From assembly GCF_000582535.1 (NCBI RefSeq), contig NZ_CP006932.1, positions 60,001 to 92,000 of the forward strand: 32,000 nucleotides of DNA, in the 5' to 3' direction. A program made the position numbers and the translations under genes. This document shows, one piece after another, positions 12,054 through 19,556 of the stretch. The notes below the pieces were generated by a model that worked only from the letters and a program-made list of their open reading frames with translations, was not told where the DNA came from and ran no database searches. How positions within the stretch are numbered: position 1 is the first letter of the stretch; each line of letters starts with the position of its first letter. Source of the stretch: Candidatus Saccharimonadota bacterium. GTDB lineage: Bacteria; Bacillota_I; Bacilli_A; Mycoplasmatales; Hepatoplasmataceae.

Positions 12054-12396
12054 AAAGCGATTCATTAGAAAAATAATTATTAATTTATTAATTTTATCTT
12101 TTTTTATATTATCTTGAAGTTACTTTTTTATTTTTATAAAAAAAGAGGATTCTTATAATGAAAAACCTATTATTGAGATTAATAATTTAAATAAATCAAT
12201 AATTATTGAAGATCCCTTTATAGATTATGAATATTTTGAAGAACTTTGAATTAATGATTTCAATCAGTATGATTTATTATTTGAACCTTCAATTTATTTT
12301 GGATATTATAATAATTATATATATGTAAAAATATTGAACGATAATCAAATTATTTTTAAATATAAATACTGCTTAATTAACAATAAATTATTTTAA
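12046..12396 (+). CDS. Hypothetical small membrane protein, 116 aa
   Basis: ATG at 12046 overlaps the upstream ORF end by 8 nt. 'MNKKRFIRKIIINLLILSFFILSWSYFFIFI' is an N-terminal TM anchor. There are two in-frame TGA codons. Stop is TAA at 12394-12396. Confidence 0.5.
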
Positions 12397-12404
12397 TGTA
12401 TAAT
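12397..12404 (+). promoter_or_regulatory. Extended -10 element TGTATAAT upstream of acpP
   Basis: An exact TGnTATAAT match ends 8 nt before the acpP ATG, which implies a very short leader or none. Confidence 0.35.
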
Positions 12405-12412
12405 TATTTGGG

Positions 12413-12637
12413 ATGAAAATTTTTGATGAACTAAAAAAAATTGCAAAAAAAGAAACAGGAAAAGATATCTCTATTGATGATACTTTTAGAGATTTGGGGA
12501 TAGATTCCATTGATCTTTTAGATTTTGTTATGAAAATTGAAAATCATTTTAATATCAAAATAGAAGATGCAGAACTTTTGAAGATAAATTCAATAAAAGA
12601 TGTTGTTCAAATTTTAGAAAATAAAATTAAAAAATAA
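12413..12637 (+). CDS. acpP: Acyl carrier protein, 74 aa
   Basis: 'FRDLGIDSIDLLDFVMKIENHFNIKI' carries the DSxD/L phosphopantetheine-attachment Ser context within the typical ACP length. Confidence 0.85.
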   Translation: MKIFDELKKIAKKETGKDISIDDTFRDLGIDSIDLLDFVMKIENHFNIKIEDAELLKINSIKDVVQILENKIKK

Positions 12638-12651
12638 TTTTTAATTTTTAT

Positions 12652-12728
12652 AGGGGTGTAGCTCAACTAGGCAGAGCAGCTGACTTCAGATCAGACGGTT
12701 GTGGGTTCGATTCCTGTCACCCCTGCCA
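12652..12728 (+). tRNA. trnW: tRNA-Trp (anticodon UCA, reads UGA/UGG), CCA encoded
   Basis: I folded the cloverleaf by hand. Acceptor is AGGGGTG/CACCCCT, the D arm is GCTC..GAGC, the anticodon loop is CTTCAGA, and the T loop is TTCGATT. The 3' end is GCCA. Confidence 0.9.
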
Positions 12729-12733
12729 TTTAT

Positions 12734-12768
12734 CGAAAAAAAAAGTTAACATCTTTAATTTTCGTTTT
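12734..12768 (+). terminator. Terminator-like or attenuator hairpin in the spacer between the two tRNA-Trp genes
   Basis: CGAAAA (12734-12739) pairs with TTTTCG (12759-12764). An inner AAAG/CTTT helix sits around a GTTAAC-containing loop. The structure is followed by TTTT at 12765-12768. It is AT-rich, so weak. Confidence 0.3.
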
Positions 12769-12776
12769 ACCAAAAA

Positions 12777-12853
12777 AAGGGTGTAGCTCAACTAGGCAGA
12801 GCATCTGACTCCAGATCAGACGGTTGTGGGTTCGATTCCTATCACCCTTGCCA
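12777..12853 (+). tRNA. trnW: tRNA-Trp (anticodon CCA), CCA encoded
   Basis: It differs from the upstream tRNA at only 5 of 77 positions by my alignment. The anticodon stem is TCTGA/TCAGA and the loop is CTCCAGA. Confidence 0.9.
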
Positions 12854-12906
12854 TCTTGAATAAAATATAAATATTTTTTCGGGACCAATTATAAATTAAA
12901 TAAAAT

Positions 12907-12984
12907 GGGAGTATAACTCAATTTGGAAGAGTAATTAGTGTTTTTTAGTACTGATAGTTGTAGGTTCAACTCCTACTACTCCTA
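12907..12984 (+). other. tRNA-like element with aberrant, expanded anticodon arm (possible tRNA pseudogene or non-canonical tRNA)
   Basis: The acceptor is GGGAGTA/TACTCCT with a G1-U72 pair. The D arm (ACTC/GAGT) and T arm (GTAGG-TTCAACT-CCTAC) are perfect. Between them lie 27 nt instead of about 23. A TTAGT/ACTGA stem encloses a 10-nt loop GTTTTTTAGT. No CCA is encoded, unlike the other three tRNAs here. Confidence 0.5.
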
Positions 12985-12999
12985 CTATGTAAAAAGGGA

Positions 13000-13034
13000 A
13001 AAAAGCAAGCATTAAAATTAATGCTTGCTTTTTC
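13000..13034. terminator. Bidirectional rho-independent terminator between the tRNA cluster (+) and degV (-)
   Basis: GCAAGCAT (13005-13012) pairs with ATGCTTGC (13021-13028). An A-run lies upstream and a T-run downstream. It sits between convergent transcription units. Confidence 0.7.
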
Positions 13035-13060
13035 TATTTTATATATAAAATAGAAAAATT

Positions 13061-13933
13061 TTATTTATTTTTTTCGTAAATAAGAAGACCGAAACCAGTA
13101 GCTCTTGGGCCAATATGACAAACTATTTCTGGGGCAATTATTGTTTCTTCAAAATCTTTAAATCCTTCTTTTTCTAATTTTTCTTTTAATATTGCAAAAT
13201 TCTTATCAGAATTAAGATTAATAATTTTTAATTCAACTCTATATCCTTTTTTAATTCAATTATTGTATTGCTTTTTTAATATTTCAATAGCTTTATCATA
13301 TGCTTTTATAATTGTTCTTTTTTTAATTACATCTTCACTATCAATTCTTCCATTTTTCACAATAATAATTGGTAATACTTTTAAAAAACTTCCTGCTATG
13401 TATTGTGTTTTTGTAATTCTTCCTCCTGCGTATAAGAAATCTAAAGTATCAGGAATTAAGAATGCATTCATTTTATCTTGCATAAAATCCATTTTTTTGA
13501 TAATATAATCCATTTTTATATTATCGTTTTCCATTCATTCTTTAATTTGTTTAAAAGAATGATAAATTCAAGGGGTAATAAAATTTGAATCATAAACAAA
13601 AACCTTTCCTTTATATTTTTCTTCATCAATTAATACTTTAGCCATTGAATTCATAGAAGAAAGATGTTTAGAAATAGTAATTATTAATAGTTGATCTACC
13701 TTTTTAAGTGCTTTATCAATTTCTTCTTCTAATTCTCCTAATTTTGCCGTAGATGTTTGAACTTTTGTTTTAAGATTCATATTTCTTAATAAAAAATTAT
13801 TATCTATATTTATTCCCGATTTATATTCTTTTCCATCTAAATTTATAATGAGAGAAATATAATAAAATCCCATTTCTTCTGCTTCTTTTTTAGTTAATCC
13901 TGTAGACGAATCTATTAGTAAACCTTTTTTCAT
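13061..13933 (-). CDS. DegV-family fatty-acid-binding protein (FakB-like), 290 aa
   Basis: 'MKKGLLIDSSTGL', 'AGGRITK' and a C-terminus '...VCHIGPRATGFGLLIYEKNK*'. Fragments 13568-13933 and 13256-13534 plus a 65-codon tail are joined across TGA codons, and I read every codon down to TAA at 13061-13063. An AGGAG Shine-Dalgarno lies upstream of the ATG. Confidence 0.85.
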
Positions 13934-13941
13934 TTTTCTCC

Positions 13942-14832
13942 TTAAATTTTAATATCACAAAAATAAGTTAATCCAAAAGCATTTGGACCCATATGAACTG
14001 TTTGTTCTGGTGAAATATGTCTTTCAAAAATAATTTCATTTTCTTTTAATTCGAAAATATTTTTTACAAGATTTGTTAGTATTTTTCTTGATTTTGTATT
14101 TTCTTCGCCTAAGATTACGATTTTATATTTTATTCCCTTTTTATTTAATTCTTCGACTTTTCCTTTTACAATATGAATCATTTTTATTGCTGCTTTTTTT
14201 ATTGAAAAGGCTTTTTCTACATTATTTGGATCAATTTCTCCATCTTTTACTACCAAAATTGGATGAATATTTAATATATTAGCTGCTGTATATTGTCTTT
14301 TGGTGATTCTTCCACCTTTGTAAAATCAATATATATCACCAGGTGATAAAATTCCTACCATTTTATCTTTTTGGTTATCTAATATTTCATATATTTTTTC
14401 AATATTTTGAATTTTGCTAACAAGTTTTTTTAGAGAATTGTAATAAAATTTTGTTCAAGGAGCAGAAAATTGAGATTTATAAATATAAATTCTTCCTTTA
14501 AATTCATTTTTATATTCATCAATAATAACTCTTGCATTATTTTGTGTAGAAGAAAATTTTTCAGAAATTCCAATAAATATTAATTTTTCATATTTTTCTA
14601 ATCCTTTTTTAAAAGAATTATAAATATCCTGCAATTCTGGTGAAGCTGTTTTTATTTCAATATTTCTATCTTTCATTTTTTCGACAATTTTTTCGGAATC
14701 AATATCAACTCCCGCTTTATATTTTGTTCCATTAATTTCAATAATTAACGGAACAAAAAAATTTCCATCATTTTCTACTTTTTCCTTTGAATATCCACAT
14801 GATGAATCAAATACAAGTCCAATTTTTTTCAT
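13942..14832 (-). CDS. DegV-family fatty-acid-binding protein (paralog), 296 aa
   Basis: 'MKKIGLVFDSSCGY', 'KGGRITKRQ' and 'HMGPNAFGLTYF'. Fragments 14455-14832 and 13942-14256 are joined. The gap has only TGA codons in frame. Confidence 0.85.
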
Positions 14833-14962
14833 TTTAAATTAAAAATAATATATTTATATTTCCTTTATTTTTGTATTAATTATTAACAAAATTATATAAT
14901 TTAATCAATTAAATAGGAAAATAAAAAGAAATTTTTAGAAAGTTATTATAAATAATATTAAA

Positions 14963-16009
14963 ATGGAAAAATTAAAAGAGCTTTTATTGATTCCGGGAAT
15001 TTCCGGGTATGAAAATAAGGTGATTGAATTTTTAAAAAAAGAATTCAGTAATTTAAAATATAAATATACAAGAGATAATTTAGGATCTATTATTTTTACA
15101 AAAGATAATAGTAATAAAGATAGTAATCTAAAAAGAATTGTAATTGATGCTCATATTGATGAAGTTGGATTTTTAATTACTGAGCTTAATGAAAATGGAA
15201 CTGTTGTTATTGAAAGTGTGGGCGGGTTAAATTTAAAATTAATGCAGGGACAAGTTTTTGAAGTTTGAGATACAAATTTTGAAAATTATAATCTTGCAAT
15301 TTTAACTTTTCCTAATCAACAAGAAAAAGATTTAGATTTAACAAAAGCAATTTTAGATTTAGGATTTAGATCAAAAAAGGACTTATTAAGTAATAATATA
15401 AAAATTGGATCTTCAGTTACTTTTCCAAGTTTTTATCAAGAAAATAAAGATTCTATTTTAAGTAAAAGCATTGATAATAGATTAGGTGCTTTTATTGCTT
15501 TAAATTTAGCAAAAAAATTAAATGAAAGGGATCTAAATTTTAATATAAATTTTGTTTTTTCAGTTCAAGAAGAAGTTGGTCTTAGAGGTTCAAGAACTGC
15601 CGTTTATGATTTAAATCCTGATTTAGTAATTGTAGTTGATATATCTCCTTCATATGAATTAGAAGGCAAAGATTCTCCCTATGGATTATTAGGACAAGGA
15701 ACAATGTTAAGACATAAAGATGTTTATACAATTTATAAAAAAGATGTTGTTATTTTTTTAAGAAATTTATTTAATGAAAGTAAAATAAAATATCAAAATT
15801 ATTTTTCTTTTGGTGGAACTAATGCAGGAATAATTCAATTAATAAAAGATGGTATTTTAGTAATACCGTTTGGCCTTGTTGCTAGAAATATTCATACTTC
15901 ATTAGCTATTGTAGATAAAAAAGATTTAGAAGAAACAGAAAAAGGATTAGAAATTTTAATCAATAAAATTGATCAAAATTTAAAAACAAAAGGAATTTTA
16001 TTAAATTAA
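14963..16009 (+). CDS. M42-family metalloaminopeptidase (PepA/YsdC/FrvX-like), 348 aa
   Basis: 'LLIPGISGYENKV', 'DAHIDEVGF', 'SIDNRLGAF' and 'FSVQEEVGLRGS'. The fragments are joined across TGA at 15266. Confidence 0.8.
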
Positions 16010-16033
16010 TTTTTATAAAGATTTTTTTAATAA

Positions 16034-16041
16034 TGTAAAAT
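16034..16041 (+). promoter_or_regulatory. Extended -10-like element TGTAAAAT upstream of 16054 ORF
   Basis: A TGn + TAAAAT sequence lies 12 nt upstream of the ATG. Confidence 0.25.
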
Positions 16042-16053
16042 ATCTTAAAGACT

Positions 16054-16644
16054 ATGATACAAAATTTTTTCACAAATATTATAAATTTTTTAAATACTAA
16101 ATATACAGATACTCAAATGTTAGGGGCAGATCTTGATCGAACTCAAGATATTTTAATAATAATTTTAATTGCTTTTGCTGCAGCAGCAATTCTTCTTTTA
16201 ATTATAGGTTTTTTTTATTTAATTTCAATTTTAAGAAGAACAAATGTAGTAATGAAAAAAGTGGATTATTTAATGGAAGATATTACATATAAATCTGAAT
16301 CATTAAATGTTACTGTAGAAACATTAAATAAATTATCTAATTATTTATTATTATTTGATTCAAGCTCAAAAACGGGAATTAAATCATTAATTAAATTATT
16401 TTCTGAAAACCGAAATTATTTCTATTCTTTTGCTGATAAATTACGTGAAAATATTGATAAAAAAATTTCAGAGGGAAAATCAAAAGTAAAAAAAGCATCT
16501 CCCAAAGTTAAAGAAAAAGTTGATAAATTAAAAAAGGTAATTAATGATTATGAATTAAAAAAAGAAAATTCTCAAAATGTGAAACCTAATCTTAAAAAAG
16601 AATCAGAAATTAAAACAAAGGAAATAAAGGTTAGCAAAAAATAA
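16054..16644 (+). CDS. Membrane-anchored protein, DUF948-like, with Lys-rich tail, 196 aa
   Basis: It has a single TM helix, 'ILIIILIAFAAAAILLLIIGFFYLISIL', followed by a helical region. It pairs with a downstream YtxH-like gene, as seen in Firmicutes. The family call is tentative. Confidence 0.5.
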   Translation: MIQNFFTNIINFLNTKYTDTQMLGADLDRTQDILIIILIAFAAAAILLLIIGFFYLISILRRTNVVMKKVDYLMEDITYKSESLNVTVETLNKLSNYLLLFDSSSKTGIKSLIKLFSENRNYFYSFADKLRENIDKKISEGKSKVKKASPKVKEKVDKLKKVINDYELKKENSQNVKPNLKKESEIKTKEIKVSKK

Positions 16645-17018
16645 TGATTAAAGATTTAACAATATTTTCGCTAGGTTTTATATCTGGATTTTTAGTTTCC
16701 TCTTATAACGAAGAAACAAAAGAAGTAATTGAATATCTTTTTGATAAAGGTAAAAAATACTATGAGGATTTAAAAAATATAATTTACGAATCAATTAAAA
16801 ATATTGAAGAATTAGATTCTGATTGAATTAAATTAAATTATGATAAAATAGTAATTTTTTTAAAAGATAAATTGAAAGAAATGAATGAATTATCATCTTT
16901 TAATAATAAAATAGAATACGCAACACAAGAAATATCTAATTTATTTGAAAATAAAGAATCTTTAAAAAAAATAAAAAAAACAATTAATTCTACAAAAAAT
17001 ATATTTCCAAAAAAATAA
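16644..17018 (+). CDS. YtxH-like small membrane-anchored protein, 124 aa
   Basis: The ATG overlaps the upstream stop (TAATG). The N-terminus 'LTIFSLGFISGFLVS' is followed by an amphipathic helical region. There is one in-frame TGA at 16824. Stop is TAA at 17016-17018. Confidence 0.45.
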
Positions 17019-17038
17019 AATAAAACTGGAGAAATTTA

Positions 17039-18304
17039 ATGAATAAATTAATAGATGATTTGAAATGAAGAAATCTTTTCAAAGAATTAATAATTGAAAA
17101 AGACATCAGTAAAATCTTTTTTTTAAAAAATAAAAAATTTTATTTAGGAATAGACCCAACAGCAGATTCTTTACATATTGGACATTTTTTAACAATAAAT
17201 TTAGCAAATTTAATATATAAAAATACTGATTTAACTCCTATTTTTGTTCTTGGTGGGTTTACTGCACAAATTGGTGACCCTTCTGGAAAAAAATCTGAGA
17301 GAAAATTAATTGATCAAAAAACTATTGCAAATAATTGTAATAAAATCAAAAAACAATTAGAAACATTATGCAAAAATTTAAATATTAATGATTATCAAAT
17401 ATTTGATAATTTTGATATTTATAAAAATTTAACATTAACAGATTTCTTTAAAAAATATGGAAAATCAATTAATATTTCAAAAATGTTATCAAGAGAAGTT
17501 GTTAAAAGTAGATTAGATGTTGGTATTTCTTATACAGAATTTTCTTATCAAATTTTTCAAGCAATTGATTTTTTATATCTTTTTGAAAATAAAGATGTAT
17601 TAATTCAATTAGGGGGATCTGATCAATTAGGAAATATTTTAACTGGAATTGAATTTATTAAAAAAATAAAAGGAAGAGATTTATTAATAGGAGGGATTAC
17701 AGTTCCTTTACTAACAGATGAAAATGGAAATAAAATTGGAAAAACTGAGGGCAATCCGCTTTGAATTACAAAAGAAAAATTATCTCCATATTTTATTTAT
17801 CAATACTTATATAATCTTTCTGATCCTTTTGCAAAAAAATTGTTATTACAATTAACTTCAATTACAAAAGAACAATTTTTAAAATTAGAAAAAATTCATC
17901 TTTCAGAAAAAAAAGATCGAATATTACAAAAAGAGCTTATCAAGAGATTATTTTTTGTTTTTTATGGAAATAATCAAGAATATGAAAAATTTTCTAATAT
18001 TTCAAAATATTTATTTGCAGAGCAATATCAAAGTATAGATGAAAAAATTTTATTAGATATTTTTAAAAATATTGATAATTTTAAATATGATTTCAAAGAA
18101 GATCTATTTACACAATTAAAAAAACATAATTTTATTTCATCAAAAAGAGAATTTAATCAATATTTAAAAGACAAAGCCATTAAAATTGATCAAAAATTAA
18201 TTATAGAAAGAGATTTTAAATTAAATAAAAATGATTTTTTAAAAAGAAATATAATTATTTTATCTTTAGGAAAAAAGAAAAAAATATTTATTAAAATTAA
18301 TTAA
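17039..18304 (+). CDS. tyrS: Tyrosyl-tRNA synthetase, 421 aa
   Basis: 'GIDPTADSLHIGHFL' (HIGH), 'GGSDQLGNI' and 'KIGKTEGNPLW' (KMSKS-like), with a C-terminal S4-like region. A GGAG Shine-Dalgarno lies upstream. Three fragments are joined across TGA codons. Confidence 0.9.
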
Positions 18305-18374
18305 TTTTAATAAATCAATAATATTTTTTATAATTTTTTTAATTGTAAGGGGTAATTAATATTTGTTAAATATT

Positions 18375-19556
18375 ATGAAAGATGTTTTTTATTATAAAAA
18401 AAATGGTTTAAGTTTTTTATTTGCAAAAAAAATAAATGAAAATTGAGATAAAAATAAAAAAATTCTTTATTTGCATCTAAATTATAATTTGAGTTTTAAT
18501 AGCATTGCACAAGAATTTGGATTAACAAAAGAAAGAATTAGACAAATTTTACTTGAGTTTGTTAGTGCTTTTTCAAAAGATGAGAAAATTAAGTTTTTTA
18601 ATAATTTTTATGTAAAGAGAAAAAAATTTAGATATATTTCAAAATTATTTAATCAAGAATTAAGATTATATAAGGAAAAATTAGAAAATGAATTGGAAGA
18701 GATAATTTATAGATATGAATATAATGATAATTATTTTAAGGTAGTAGATAAAAAAGAAATTTTGAAAACAAATTTAAAATATTTTTTAAAATTAAATAAT
18801 TATTTTTCATTAAAATTATCTGAGTTTAACAATAAATTTATCTTTCTTTCTTGAAAGAGATTTGAATTTAAAGATTTTATTACTAGAAAAGACAAAGTTG
18901 ATATTATTGCAAAAGCATATTTTAAACCTTATGTAAAATATAAAATTGATGAAATAATTTCAATTTATAAAATCTATTTTCCAAAATTAACAAAAAGAGC
19001 AATTGAAGGAATGCTTTTTAATTACAATGAAATATTTTCTCTTTCTGCTGGTAAGTATATGATTTCTTATTATAAAGACAAAAAAGAATATTTATATTTT
19101 ACAAAAATAGCTGATTTAATTTACAATCAAATAAATGATTATTTTAATAACAACAATAATATAATTTGTGATATTTCAAAATTTGAAAAAGACTACAATT
19201 TTAAATATCCATTTTTAAATGAACATCATTATTATTTTTTTGCTAAAAAATATTCGGAAAAATTCAATCAAAAATTTGATTCTTTTAGATCACCTATTAT
19301 TTTTAAAAAAGAGCAGAAGGAAAATATTTTAGGAAAAGATATTCAATTATTATTTAAGAAACAAATTTTCTCTTTATTAAAGGAAGAAGACTTATATGAA
19401 AAATGAATTGAACGAGATCAATTTTTAAAAATTATCAATCAAAAATACGGAATTAAAGATTATTATTTTCTTCAAAAAATGCATTTATTTAACGTAAATA
19501 AAATTTCAGGAAATAAAAATCAAAAAGGAAAAATCATGTTTTTAAAAGATTCTTAA
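18375..19556 (+). CDS. Hypothetical protein with N-terminal sigma-70 region-4-like helix-turn-helix, 393 aa
   Basis: 'LSFNSIAQEFGLTKERIRQILLEF' (nt 18492-18551) closely resembles the region 4.2 consensus (..EIg.efgvTrERIRQIe..). The remaining ~300 aa have no recognised motif. The fragments are joined across TGA codons at 18447, 18852 and 19404. Confidence 0.6.

Noticed and set aside
13263-14282. Plus-strand ORFs 13263-13508 and 14073-14282
   Set aside because: They are antisense to the two degV genes, whose products carry recognisable DegV motifs.
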